A stretch of DNA of 64,000 bases, from positions 165,430 to 229,429 of the IMG/VR virus record IMGVR_UViG_3300028676_000005. The stretch is one strand, 5' to 3'. Position 1 is the first letter of the stretch. Every line of letters begins with the position of its first letter. The notes below the pieces were generated by a model that had not been told where the DNA came from, did no database searches, and saw nothing but the letters and a program-made list of their open reading frames with translations. The translations under genes and the position numbers were made by a program. Shown here in pieces: positions 8,107 through 18,055 of this stretch.

Positions 8107-10292
8107 GCTTCGATGGCGCCTTGGATGCCAGCCAGAGCTGGAGCCAGACCTTCGATGGCGATGCGCTGTTTTGCCAGCTTGGTCAGCAGACCGTTATCAC
8201 CCAGGAACTCTGCGGCGTCAGTGATCTTCAGCGAACCGATGATCGGGTTGAGCGCCCAGTGTTTGTAGGTAGGGATGGTCATGACCACACCGAAGTCCTG
8301 CTGATCACGAGTCACGTTACCTTGTACAACGATGTTCTCTTTCGAGACAACGACGCCGACACCGCCCAGTGGGTTGATGTAATCGGAAGTCGAATCGTTT
8401 TGGGTAACGATCAGGATCTCACCGATCTGGCTGTCGAAGTTGGTTTCGACGGCTTTCATGGTGGTCAGAGGACCCAGGGTACGAGCGTCGCCCAGACGGA
8501 GCAGGAAGCGGCACAGGTTCTGGTGAGCGATGATGTTCCACTTCGGAGAAGTAGCACCGCCGTATTCGGCGATCGCGGCGATACCGGACTTGGTAGTCAG
8601 GGCCGAAACGATGTCGCTGATTTCGTTGGTGAACACGGCGCAGACTGCTTCCAGCACACCGGTGCTGTCTTGGGTCGATACGACGTCGGCCAGGGTGATC
8701 TTGCGGTTTACTGCGGCAGCTTGCACGTAGTGCATGCCTGGCAGGACGTTGGAACCCTGGTTGTTCGAGACCACAGCATGGCCGTCGATGGAGGTGATGT
8801 ACGCCAGGTGCTCAGCAGCCATGTCGAACGCTTTACGCGAGCACTGGTTGTTGATCGCCACCGACATTTGCTCGATCGCGTAGTCCAGGGAGCCCTGGTT
8901 CACGTCTTGCTTGTCGATTGGGTATTTCACAGACACCGGGTCGCCACGTTTGACGGACAGGTGCTTGTCGGCATCGAACACTTCGATACGGTAGCCGAAG
9001 TTACCGCGCGAGTTGTTGGTCACGTTACCGGTGATTTCGATACCGGATACGGAACCGTTGGTCAGGGTGCGGAACAGTGATTTCTGAGCGTCATCAGCGC
9101 GATCACGAGTGATCACGTTACCGGTTGGGATGTGCTGGAGAGCAGTGATCGAAACCTGGCCGCCGTTCAGGCGCATGACGTTCTTTTGACGCTGGTAGTT
9201 GCCGTCCATCGACACGTCCAGCAGAGGGCGGTAGCCAGCTGCTTTCAGATCGGCGAACAGGGTCTCACCAACTTCCAGGCCGTCTTTGTCCTGTACAGCA
9301 AAACCGTTGTGACGGTTCAGCAGGATGGCCATTTTGCGGTCATCGGACGATTGGCCGTTCGAAGTCGGGATGAAGGTGTTGTTCGACATCGCCTTGGTGT
9401 TGATGAAGAACGTCTTGACAGTGCCCTTGATAGTAGCGGTCAATTGCAGAGTCTGACCGGTGAGCGAGTTGGACTCGATCTCGTCGGTAGCGGTGTACGG
9501 ACGCTGGCCAGGGGTTTCGCACAGGCCCAGGAAGTTCGGAATGACGCTCGGAACTTTCAGGAAGCTGGTCAGGTGGTTTTCGCGGCCCAGGGCATCAGCT
9601 TCCATGTAGGTAGCGGTCCATGGGGTACGGTCGGCGGCTGGAACGAACAGCTCGCGGGTGTCGTCGGTGTCCGACTCAGGGTACACAGGGTGTACAGCCA
9701 GGGCGGATTCGGCGAACATTTTGCCGGAACGCAGCAGACCGAAGATCGGTTGCAGTTCGGAGGCGGACTGCCAGGCGCTGTTGCCGTAAGCGTAAGTACC
9801 CAGACCAGCGGCACGAACCTTCATCAGGACGCCTTCGTCTTCGTAACGAACGGTCAGGGTGGCGAACAGTGCTTCGGCGCCAGGAGTCTGCAAGTGGCTC
9901 TGGGCGTTGAGGGCCATGTTCAGAGCTTTGACGGTGGTTTCCGAGCCTTCCCAGTTCTGCATCGAGAAGCCTTCCAGGCCATCGACGGTACCGTAGAAGC
10001 TTTCGGTACGTTCAACGATGTCTTTCAGCTCGCTCGGAGCAATGTTGGTGGTACGGCCGAACGAGGATTGGAACGCGGCGAAGTTCTTGTCGTTCAGACG
10101 AGTGGCCAGCATGCCATTCAGCGATTGGCTCTCAGCGCCTTGAACACGAGCCAGGTCGAACTTGCTCGAGAAGCCAGAAAAGTTTTCCTGGCCTTGCACC
10201 GCGGTCAACGATTCGTTCTTCAGTGCATCAGCGATCAGCTGAACAAGGTTACCCTCGTTCTTGAGACCCATCTTAATCTGTTTGTAAGCCAT
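8094..10292 (-). CDS. Major capsid protein precursor (phiKZ gp120-like)
   Basis: 732 aa, strongly biased codons, propeptide with G-x-E sites (GQE, GAE, GLE at 105-107), position between DnaB and gp122/gp123. Confidence 0.9.
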   Translation of the reverse strand: MAYKQIKMGLKNEGNLVQLIADALKNESLTAVQGQENFSGFSSKFDLARVQGAESQSLNGMLATRLNDKNFAAFQSSFGRTTNIAPSELKDIVERTESFYGTVDGLEGFSMQNWEGSETTVKALNMALNAQSHLQTPGAEALFATLTVRYEDEGVLMKVRAAGLGTYAYGNSAWQSASELQPIFGLLRSGKMFAESALAVHPVYPESDTDDTRELFVPAADRTPWTATYMEADALGRENHLTSFLKVPSVIPNFLGLCETPGQRPYTATDEIESNSLTGQTLQLTATIKGTVKTFFINTKAMSNNTFIPTSNGQSSDDRKMAILLNRHNGFAVQDKDGLEVGETLFADLKAAGYRPLLDVSMDGNYQRQKNVMRLNGGQVSITALQHIPTGNVITRDRADDAQKSLFRTLTNGSVSGIEITGNVTNNSRGNFGYRIEVFDADKHLSVKRGDPVSVKYPIDKQDVNQGSLDYAIEQMSVAINNQCSRKAFDMAAEHLAYITSIDGHAVVSNNQGSNVLPGMHYVQAAAVNRKITLADVVSTQDSTGVLEAVCAVFTNEISDIVSALTTKSGIAAIAEYGGATSPKWNIIAHQNLCRFLLRLGDARTLGPLTTMKAVETNFDSQIGEILIVTQNDSTSDYINPLGGVGVVVSKENIVVQGNVTRDQQDFGVVMTIPTYKHWALNPIIGSLKITDAAEFLGDNGLLTKLAKQRIAIEGLAPALAGIQGAIEAGNP

Positions 10293-10325
10293 GGAAGGAA
10301 TTCCTTTTTAAGCGTTGGACGTTTA

Positions 10326-10369
10326 ACAAATATATATATTTGTGTATCTACTACACATAACATACATAT
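10326..10369 (-). promoter_or_regulatory. Late promoter region/leader of MCP
   Basis: Three TATG copies (phiKZ late consensus) in AATATGTATGTTATG, then 18-bp palindrome ACAAATATATATATTTGT. Confidence 0.5.
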
Positions 10370-10380
10370 TGAAACGAGGT

Positions 10381-10929
10381 TTAAGGGTTTTGATTGCCCA
10401 GCAGTTTGTAAACTTCAGCCATGGTGAACTCACCTACTTTACTGTCCACAATCGCACCGAAATGAGATTCCATGAAACCGTGAACATGCAAGATGGCCTC
10501 CAACAATGCACCAGAGAATGTTAGCGCAGAAGCCTTACTCCAGCTGGGCGGTGTTGTTTGGTTCTCGTCGTTAATAACAACCACGAGTTGATTACTTTTG
10601 AAAGAGCTGTATCCAAAAGATGTTGCGTCGGTAAACGCGGCGGATAAGCTTTTACTGTCGACACTATTAAATGCCGCTTTTAACATCTCACCTTCATAAT
10701 CTTTACTGAAGATTAAATCTGGGTCGAGCAAAGCAACACCGAGTTCTTTTGCAGCGCGGTATTGCATAGAAATGATTTGAGCAATTTCACCGTAAGTTGC
10801 CTTTTGATGATATGTCTCAATCGTCGATAAGTTGCTCAACGGAATGCCGACCTTAGCCAACAACTTAACCATAGAGTTGGTCAAGAAGAATACTTCGATC
10901 GGGGAACCGTTAGGTGTCCTGAGAATCAT
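10381..10929 (-). CDS. Conserved protein upstream of MCP (phiKZ gp119-like, virion candidate)
   Basis: 182 aa, AGGAG SD, synteny. Confidence 0.7.
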   Translation of the reverse strand: MILRTPNGSPIEVFFLTNSMVKLLAKVGIPLSNLSTIETYHQKATYGEIAQIISMQYRAAKELGVALLDPDLIFSKDYEGEMLKAAFNSVDSKSLSAAFTDATSFGYSSFKSNQLVVVINDENQTTPPSWSKASALTFSGALLEAILHVHGFMESHFGAIVDSKVGEFTMAEVYKLLGNQNP

Positions 10930-10957
10930 AGCGTTACTCCTGGGGAGTTTGTTTTAA

Positions 10958-12490
10958 ATGAATGACTTACTGGTATTAGTCAAATTGCTTTCAGCAATGT
11001 ACCAAGCCAAGAAACTTAAAGATAAGGTTCTGCTAAAAGAACTGGAGGAGCTTTACGAGGAACTCCCACCGCCGCCACAGGAAGTGTTTGTCCAGAATAA
11101 AGAACTCCGTGACAGCATTAAAGCATCCGTACTTTGGCTCCTCAAAGAGCCTGACGATGAGCCGATCATAAAATTAGCACTTATGCAACGGGTTCGTCTG
11201 TTTTGTGTTGGTCAAGACGATATCAAACTTGCAATTGAAGACGGTCTGGAAGACTTTGACGACGACTTGATGACGCGTAAAGTAATCTACAAACAGATTA
11301 CCGATATCCGTCTGAGCTTTGAAGACAAAGGTTTCTCGGATAAATGGAAGCGGGCAACTAAAGCTTACTTCTACAAAGACATCCATGAAATTACAAAAGA
11401 CGACTGGGTAAAGTTATCCGATCTCATCAACGAACGCATGGGTACGTTGTACGAAGATAAACAGTCAGAAGTACTTTGCGAAATCAGCACCGAGTCGCCA
11501 ACTAGTTTCCATGAAGTTATTGCACTGGCAAAGAAAGAAAACAGTAAAGAAGGTATTATCAAAACTGGTATTCAGGCGCTCAATAAAGCACTGAGTCCGG
11601 ATGGTGGCTTTCGTCGTAGTAAGTTCTACTTGCTTAACGCACTGACTAACCGTGGTAAGTCGCTTACTGTAGCGCACATGGTAGCCTCTGTAGGGCTCTA
11701 TAACAAGCCTCAGTTGCGTAACCCGTCTAAGATACCGACTATCCTCTTGGAATCGGCAGAAGACACCATGGACCTTATTATCCAGCGTATGTATAAGCTA
11801 GCTATTACTGTTAACAGTGACAACGTTCCAGATTTCAACATTGCTGCTCAAGATGACATCGTCGAAGCTATTTGCAGTTGCTTTAAAGCAAATGGTTGGG
11901 TATTGATTATTAAGGTGATCGACTCCAACAAAGATGATTGCAATCAGATGTTTGACCGCATTCGTCGTATGGAACTCAAAGGCCACGAGATCATCTTCTA
12001 CGCCTATGACTACCTGGCTCTGCAAAACTTTGACAAGCTCCCTGGTGAGACTAAATCAGACAAGCTACAGTTGTTGTTCCGTAAGGTTCGTTCCTTCATC
12101 ATCAACCGCGGCATCTGCTTTATCACCCCACACCAGCTGAGTCCAGATGCTAAGAAGCGTCTACAAGAGTCTGATGAAGAATCAGAAGTTTACTTTGCTC
12201 GTGAAGTTGCTGGTAAGTCTTACACCGAGACTTCCACTAAAATCACCAACGAAGTAGACGTAGAGATTACCTTCCACGTTGCCAAGACGTCCTTTAAGAG
12301 TTACTGGACCTTCTGTATTGGTAAACAGCGTGGTGAAGGTTGTGCACCAGAAGATCGCTTTGCTATCTACGACATTGATCCAGTAATGGGGCTCCGTCAT
12401 GATATCAATGGTAAACCTCGTTTCAGGAGAAGTCTGCAGACTAGTCTGGACGATAATGGTAACGTGGTAAAAGACTTTGACTCTATCTAA
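10958..12490 (+). CDS. dnaB: Replicative DnaB-like helicase (phiKZ gp118-like)
   Basis: KTGIQALNKAL..GGFRR, Walker A-like ALTNRGKS, ESAED, AYDYL, ITPHQLS motifs. Confidence 0.9.
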   Translation: MNDLLVLVKLLSAMYQAKKLKDKVLLKELEELYEELPPPPQEVFVQNKELRDSIKASVLWLLKEPDDEPIIKLALMQRVRLFCVGQDDIKLAIEDGLEDFDDDLMTRKVIYKQITDIRLSFEDKGFSDKWKRATKAYFYKDIHEITKDDWVKLSDLINERMGTLYEDKQSEVLCEISTESPTSFHEVIALAKKENSKEGIIKTGIQALNKALSPDGGFRRSKFYLLNALTNRGKSLTVAHMVASVGLYNKPQLRNPSKIPTILLESAEDTMDLIIQRMYKLAITVNSDNVPDFNIAAQDDIVEAICSCFKANGWVLIIKVIDSNKDDCNQMFDRIRRMELKGHEIIFYAYDYLALQNFDKLPGETKSDKLQLLFRKVRSFIINRGICFITPHQLSPDAKKRLQESDEESEVYFAREVAGKSYTETSTKITNEVDVEITFHVAKTSFKSYWTFCIGKQRGEGCAPEDRFAIYDIDPVMGLRHDINGKPRFRRSLQTSLDDNGNVVKDFDSI

Positions 12491-12512
12491 CTGAACCAAA
12501 GCGAACATAACC

Positions 12513-12547
12513 TATACTCTCCTACCCGATAAGGGTAGGAGAGTATA
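12513..12547. terminator. Bidirectional terminator-like hairpin
   Basis: 15-bp stem TATACTCTCCTACCC-gataa-GGGTAGGAGAGTATA between convergent genes. Confidence 0.85.
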
Positions 12548-12573
12548 TAAGGTTTATTTTGCATTTTCTTTTA

Positions 12574-12918
12574 TTAGCTAAACTCAATTACTGACTCGCG
12601 TGCACATTTGGCTTCGCCAATACCGATGGTAAAGTGAAGTCTAACCCCTGTCAATTTCCCTTCTTCAGTGGTTCTGGCGGAAGTCGTGACGTCGATTGTT
12701 ACCCCATCGTTTATCGATGTGAAGTCTCTGGCCGCTGTACCAGCACGATCCTCAAATTTCACAAGCATTTGCGCAAGGGTAAGATTAGTAAGCCCCAAGA
12801 CGTCTTGTGACAAAGTGATGGTCTGTTTAGTAACAGATGTAACAATCAAATGAGCCATGCTAGCTACATGTTCTTCAAAACTTCTTTCTACACTTGAAAG
12901 TTCTACATCAGTAGTCAT
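12574..12918 (-). CDS. Small hypothetical protein
   Basis: ~114 aa from ATG 12918 (AGGTG SD); GTG 12927 is an alternative start. Confidence 0.7.
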   Translation of the reverse strand: MTTDVELSSVERSFEEHVASMAHLIVTSVTKQTITLSQDVLGLTNLTLAQMLVKFEDRAGTAARDFTSINDGVTIDVTTSARTTEEGKLTGVRLHFTIGIGEAKCARESVIEFS

Positions 12919-12936
12919 GTTGTTCACCTGGGTTCA

Positions 12937-13050
12937 TTATCAATAGGGAGGTCGCTTACGCTCCGCTATACAGAAATAGACCTAACCGTCCCCACCCGCT
13001 TCCGCAGATAGTTTTATCAAGTCTTATAAGCTACCTCCCTCAGTTGATAA
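12937..13050 (-). ncRNA. Candidate structured RNA (sRNA or cis-regulatory leader)
   Basis: Nearly the whole intergenic region folds into nested helices closed by a GGAA tetraloop; non-WC pairs within helices are G-U only on the - strand. Confidence 0.55.
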
Positions 13051-14391
13051 TTACTTAACCGAGAACTCTTCAATACCAATAGTCAAAGACAACACGCTGT
13101 GCTCTCTGAAGATGGTGTTAACACTTTCAGTATCAGGTTGGTAGACAGTCCGCAGACCACCCACGCTACCTTCACGATACATCAATGCCTCACTACCACT
13201 CATGTAGTAATAACGAACTGGCATGCACGGATCAATGAGTGCTGCGTTAGAGTTGTGCCAGGACAACCCAGTGATACTTACATCGTTCTGAGCGTTCTCT
13301 GAAAGATGCTTGCAGAGGTTACCAGTCGGAGTCAATACCGTAGGGACCCACTCTTCCCCAGAAGCACGGCTGACCGTCTTGTACTCAGACAAGGAGTCTC
13401 CTCGCGTTGTTGCAGCGACACCCTTGTTGTAGTAACGACCTGTTTCGCCCATTGCCGCATCGACAGAGATAATCCTTTTACCAACGCCATGTTCCTGTCG
13501 GTCAATATCAGTAGTCTCACTGTTGTGGGCACCACCGGTTGAAAAGACAGTAATGGACTTGTCATCCATGATCCAGCTATTGTGCAGGGTGGGAAAAACG
13601 TTCTCTGGTAACCGGTATACGTTTAGTACTCGCCGAGCCTTCTCATAACGACCCATGCGGAACAATGGATAGACACGCCACAATCCCTTCCGGTAGTACA
13701 TACCTAGTCCGGTATTGTAGATGCCATACTCCTCGTTCATTTGAAGGAATTCCCCCAAGTCGATAAGACGGTTACCAAAAGGGATGACCACTTGCTTAAA
13801 TACCCGATCGTTATCAATTGGGTATTCGATGTCAACTCCTTTCCAGGCGTCAGGCCCGGTTAACCCCAGCTTAGATCCGCTCTCAGTTAACTTGTCATGG
13901 AGAACGTTATCCATGCTGGACATGAGGTAAATGTCACTGACAGGCTCGTTACGGATCTTGGCAAACCCTAACTCTAAGAGCTGGAAGTCTACCGTGATCA
14001 TGTTCATGTTATCTTTACTAGCCAAGTCGGCCAACGCACTGTGACCGCCTTGCATTTGAGGATCGTTTCCTGTTAAGGGGATCGCCCTGAACCGGTACTT
14101 GATCTGGCTAGCCTTCTCACGCTCCACAATCTCGATGATAAGGTTATCTCGAAAAGGAAGTATCTTGTTAGTGTAAACACCTGGTTGCGTCTGTACGCGG
14201 ATCGTAGCGTCGTCAGACCGACCACTAGTAAACAGACAGTTACGACTAAACCCCGAAGGCATGAGCAAAGGGATTTGGTCGTTAGGAGTTACCGCAGTAG
14301 CCTCCATCTGAAAGAGTCGTTCATTACGCTGGGTGTTTTCAACATAACGAACGAAATCTATCAGATTTTGTAAGGAACGGGGAGCTTCCAT
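13051..14391 (-). CDS. Virion structural protein (phiKZ gp101-like; possible baseplate hub)
   Basis: 446 aa, beta-rich, YGIYNTGLGMYY motif, end of structural operon. Confidence 0.65.
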   Translation of the reverse strand: MEAPRSLQNLIDFVRYVENTQRNERLFQMEATAVTPNDQIPLLMPSGFSRNCLFTSGRSDDATIRVQTQPGVYTNKILPFRDNLIIEIVEREKASQIKYRFRAIPLTGNDPQMQGGHSALADLASKDNMNMITVDFQLLELGFAKIRNEPVSDIYLMSSMDNVLHDKLTESGSKLGLTGPDAWKGVDIEYPIDNDRVFKQVVIPFGNRLIDLGEFLQMNEEYGIYNTGLGMYYRKGLWRVYPLFRMGRYEKARRVLNVYRLPENVFPTLHNSWIMDDKSITVFSTGGAHNSETTDIDRQEHGVGKRIISVDAAMGETGRYYNKGVAATTRGDSLSEYKTVSRASGEEWVPTVLTPTGNLCKHLSENAQNDVSITGLSWHNSNAALIDPCMPVRYYYMSGSEALMYREGSVGGLRTVYQPDTESVNTIFREHSVLSLTIGIEEFSVK

Positions 14392-14394
14392 TTA

Positions 14395-15156
14395 TTAACC
14401 TGCTGTAAAGATCCAGTTGGGATTAGTAGCGTGTGCGTCTTCTTGTTGAAACAACGAATCTGAAGACTGCACTGCTTGCGGATAAAACATTTGTTGCTGC
14501 TCTTCGTAATTGAACGCACGTGGAGTGTACATTGGTGCGCCCATAGTGCCGCTTGGTGGCTCAAAGGCATCCAGGTGGCTGAAGAAGCTTAAATCGCCAA
14601 TACGGTGAGTATTGATTACGCTGTCGCCCAAAAAGAGCGCAGCAAAGCCTGCAAGGCCTTTACCGTTAAGTTCTGTTTCTTGCTCCAGCATCTTCTTGTT
14701 CGATTCACGATTCTTAAACGGTTTGATCCGTTTGTATTCGGTAAACAGGATGAACGCCAGGTTTTCTAATTTACGCAATTCGCTAAATTCAGGACGTTTA
14801 CATTCCGGTGCGTTTCGGGCAATTTCACACCAGAGTCCAATGAACTCTTGAATTGCATCATAGACCTCAACAATAGTCTTAGTCGGCTTTTCAAAATTAA
14901 AGTCATGAACTGACTCAATGTTGGTGAGCAGGTCAAAGATCTGTGGGATTTTGTAGCGGCGCTTTTGTCGAGTTGTATAAAAATCTGTGTCGTTGGAATA
15001 CCCCTCTTTGTGATAGCTAGGGCGGCTACGAATTTGATCCAAAGACATTAGTTTCTCAGGGGCAATCCAGACGTCGAAGAGTTTGAGGAAACAGATGTCA
15101 TACAACTCAATCAATCGTGCACGGACTTCGCCATAACGTTCGAGGGGCATAAGCAT
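14395..15156 (-). CDS. Conserved hypothetical protein (phiKZ gp100-like)
   Basis: 253 aa, TAATG-coupled to upstream gene. Confidence 0.7.
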   Translation of the reverse strand: MLMPLERYGEVRARLIELYDICFLKLFDVWIAPEKLMSLDQIRSRPSYHKEGYSNDTDFYTTRQKRRYKIPQIFDLLTNIESVHDFNFEKPTKTIVEVYDAIQEFIGLWCEIARNAPECKRPEFSELRKLENLAFILFTEYKRIKPFKNRESNKKMLEQETELNGKGLAGFAALFLGDSVINTHRIGDLSFFSHLDAFEPPSGTMGAPMYTPRAFNYEEQQQMFYPQAVQSSDSLFQQEDAHATNPNWIFTAG

Positions 15157-16463
15157 TACGAGGGTACTCCGATTTTGCGGCTAACGTTAATCAAAAAGAT
15201 AATGATACCGCCGTAGTAAAGCTGTTTAAGCTTAGGCAGCGCAAAGTATTCATCTTTGCAATACTTGAGGAGCGCCTTACGGTCGATTACTTTATTCTTA
15301 AGACTTTGATAGAGAATCTTCTCAAATGTTTCTTGAGGACTCCCATTGTAAAATTCTTCCGAAAACATGTAGGTGACTTTCTTTTCTGGTGCAGGACGCA
15401 GAATAGGGTAACCATCCATGTTGTAATAAGCTTTGGAAACCTTGTACTCTTCTGGGTCAGTCGTAATGAAATACCCAAACTTACTAGAGCGCAAGTTACC
15501 GTAGAGTCGAGTTCCGTTTAAACGGTCAACCCCGATCATAGCAGCTTCAGCGTTTTTGCACATTGGTAGCAGGTTAATGTCCCCACGCAGGATAACATCC
15601 CAAATGTTGACAACACCGTACGTACCAAGAGCACGCCCGCCATACTGGGTTGAGTAACGACCAATAACTGGGTAACCACCTCTCATATCAGGGGTGATGA
15701 CCGCAGACAGGAAATCCACCAAGTACTGGTCGTAGCAGTAAGTGCCACGGGTACCTGTTTGATCCATGGCCACTGGATAGGCAATGGTCTCTTCCGGACG
15801 CCACCACCAGTTACGCATAATCCAACTAGAGATGGTTTGTGTCCAGGAGAAAAGTTCACCCATTGTGTTGAAGTCATCTGGGTTAACCAGACCAACGCCG
15901 CCACTTAAAGCGGAGTCAATGGAATAAACCAATTCTTGCTGAACACGGCGTTCCAGTTCTTCAGCCCAGTCTTTCTGCAAGATACCTACCATGTGAATGG
16001 TAATGCGGTAGACCTTGTTTGCGGTGAACTCTACAATCTCTGGCTGCTCAACAAGTTGAAACAAACCAGCACGACCATCCGTAATCTCGGCAATAAACAC
16101 ATCACCACGAATTGGTGCTACATCGCAAGTAATCCAGCCGGAGTACATGGTAGAACTTTCACCCTTTTCAGGATTAAAGTTAAAGGCCCCATTACCTTCC
16201 AGTTTAATGATCAACTCACGGATACGTGTGTAAGGTTGATATGTAGCTGTGTTGTTTGGATCAAAAGGAGCAGGTTCTTCACTGCCGCGCAAACGCTGAC
16301 GGTAATACTCCACAACAACCGGGGTACCTTGCACCAAAGTAATGAGTGAGGTCTCTGGTTGATAGGCACCTTGAACAATGGAATGTTGATATTGTTCAGA
16401 GTAGATCTTTGGAGCTTCTGGTTGAGGAGGTATCACACTCCCCAGCGGATCAATGTCAAACAT
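15156..16463 (-). CDS. Virion structural protein (phiKZ gp99-like, neck candidate)
   Basis: LITLVQGTPVVVEYYRQ and PIRGDVFIAEITDGRAGLF motifs; start moved to ATG 16463 with GAGGA SD. Confidence 0.7.
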   Translation of the reverse strand: MFDIDPLGSVIPPQPEAPKIYSEQYQHSIVQGAYQPETSLITLVQGTPVVVEYYRQRLRGSEEPAPFDPNNTATYQPYTRIRELIIKLEGNGAFNFNPEKGESSTMYSGWITCDVAPIRGDVFIAEITDGRAGLFQLVEQPEIVEFTANKVYRITIHMVGILQKDWAEELERRVQQELVYSIDSALSGGVGLVNPDDFNTMGELFSWTQTISSWIMRNWWWRPEETIAYPVAMDQTGTRGTYCYDQYLVDFLSAVITPDMRGGYPVIGRYSTQYGGRALGTYGVVNIWDVILRGDINLLPMCKNAEAAMIGVDRLNGTRLYGNLRSSKFGYFITTDPEEYKVSKAYYNMDGYPILRPAPEKKVTYMFSEEFYNGSPQETFEKILYQSLKNKVIDRKALLKYCKDEYFALPKLKQLYYGGIIIFLINVSRKIGVPS

Positions 16464-17988
16464 TGCGCACGTCCTCAATAAACAAATACGCGTTAAGCCC
16501 AATAGAGGCCATGTAACGGTTAAAGTCGTAATCTTTCAATCCACGACCTTTATTGATACCTTTACAGATCTCTCTGGAATGTTCAGCCCAGGGCTTAGGA
16601 AGGTTAACCCAATCAAAGCCAGGAAACAGTCCTGGAAGCATGGCTTCGTCATCAGGGTTATGAAGCAGGTCCGTCCAAAACGAATCCTGATAATCCCTGA
16701 CAGCGAAATCGCACACAACCACAAGTCTGTATCGATTTGCCATGTTTGGAGCCGTCAGCAAGCTTACAACCCCTTCCTCGTCCATTTCTAAACGGTTAGG
16801 GTCTACTTGGATATCTTCCGACCAAACAGTAATGTAGAAAGGACTTTTAGATTGCTTAAACACAACGTCACGTCTGCGAATGATGTAGTTCTTGACTTGC
16901 TCATTCCAGCGGTATCCAGGGATCATAAAAATGTTCCCTAGTTTTTGTGTTTCGACGTTGGCAATCTTTAACCGTACTTGGATAATTGGTTGCAACCAAT
17001 CACCACCAGTAAACTTCCAAGGATCGTAATCTGGAAGTCTTAGGTAGTCGGTACCTTCCCCAGTGCGGGTGCCGGATATATGACGACCAAAGCTGTACTC
17101 AGGGTTTACCCGAATATTGAACTTCTTCTTAAACCCATCGTCTGGACGTGGAATCCAAACAGCCCGGATGTCATCTTGATAAACGCTAAGCGGGTATTGC
17201 AACTCCCAACCAACAAACTCGTTAAAATAGAAGTAGTAACTAAGTTCAACTTCGTATTTGCCAAAGACATCGGCATTACGGGATTTGCTCACTTTAGAAG
17301 ATTTAAAGTAAATACCTATTTCGTCCATGCTCATTGGTACGGCAAGACGCGAGTTCTTACCAGACTCATCACTTACATAAACAAACGGAACTTTGTGGTA
17401 TTGCTTAAACCAATCACTAAAACTAACCGGAGTGGTGTCCGGTTCATTCTTGAGATAAAGCTCGTGCAAATTAGAAAGCATAGCGACGATAGTGTTGTTA
17501 ACTGGTAAATGAACTACCGCACTAAAGTTAAACGCCACAGCCTGCTCATCTTGCGCCCGGTTAATACGACGCTGAAATTGATCGGCCTGCTTCTTTGAGT
17601 TGAAGTTTGCAATAACAGAAACGTTAACAACCAACCCACTCAAAGATGGGTAAATCATCGACGGCTCTTTGTGATTAGTCATCCACACAGGGCGTTCAGT
17701 CATTTCCCGACGCTGGTTAGAAAAGCCTGAGTTGAAATTAGTTTCTTCGAACTCTGCTTTAACAAACAACTTATTACGAAAAACGCCGTCTGTGTAAATG
17801 TTGGTACGAATCTGGTCAGAGGTATTACTACCAACCAGTTTAGCAATTTCATTGTTGCCGTTATAAAAGATCTCGGCTGTACTTTCCAAACCGTAGAACT
17901 TCAGCATACGGCGCAAGGAGTCATAGACCGCAGGACGAGTAACCGTCTTGTAATCTTCCTCTGACTGTACGGTTGCTCTTAGAAGCAT
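16456..17988 (-). CDS. Virion structural protein (phiKZ gp98-like)
   Basis: 510 aa, GAGGTG SD, synteny. Confidence 0.7.
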   Translation of the reverse strand: MLLRATVQSEEDYKTVTRPAVYDSLRRMLKFYGLESTAEIFYNGNNEIAKLVGSNTSDQIRTNIYTDGVFRNKLFVKAEFEETNFNSGFSNQRREMTERPVWMTNHKEPSMIYPSLSGLVVNVSVIANFNSKKQADQFQRRINRAQDEQAVAFNFSAVVHLPVNNTIVAMLSNLHELYLKNEPDTTPVSFSDWFKQYHKVPFVYVSDESGKNSRLAVPMSMDEIGIYFKSSKVSKSRNADVFGKYEVELSYYFYFNEFVGWELQYPLSVYQDDIRAVWIPRPDDGFKKKFNIRVNPEYSFGRHISGTRTGEGTDYLRLPDYDPWKFTGGDWLQPIIQVRLKIANVETQKLGNIFMIPGYRWNEQVKNYIIRRRDVVFKQSKSPFYITVWSEDIQVDPNRLEMDEEGVVSLLTAPNMANRYRLVVVCDFAVRDYQDSFWTDLLHNPDDEAMLPGLFPGFDWVNLPKPWAEHSREICKGINKGRGLKDYDFNRYMASIGLNAYLFIEDVRNV

Positions 17989-18011
17989 AACACACCTCTT
18001 TCATAAATAGT

Positions 18012-18043
18012 CTATAACGAGAGGGGCAACCCTCTCGTTATAG
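18012..18043 (-). terminator. Terminator-like hairpin
   Basis: 14-bp stem CTATAACGAGAGGG-gcaa-CCCTCTCGTTATAG. Confidence 0.8.
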
Positions 18044-18055
18044 TTACTAAACCAG

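Noticed and set aside
8121-10427. Long + strand ORFs (319 and 431 aa) opposite the capsid gene
   Set aside because: Antisense shadows caused by biased codon use; no SD or recognisable motifs.
12574-12918. Possible paralogy with the 135-aa gp62-like gene (62129-62536)
   Set aside because: Only a vague similarity in secondary-structure pattern; cannot be supported without profile comparison.
12992-13011. SRP RNA or hammerhead identity for the structured RNA
   Set aside because: GGAA loop is present, but the SRP CAGG/AGCA internal loop and the hammerhead CUGANGA/GAAA core are absent.
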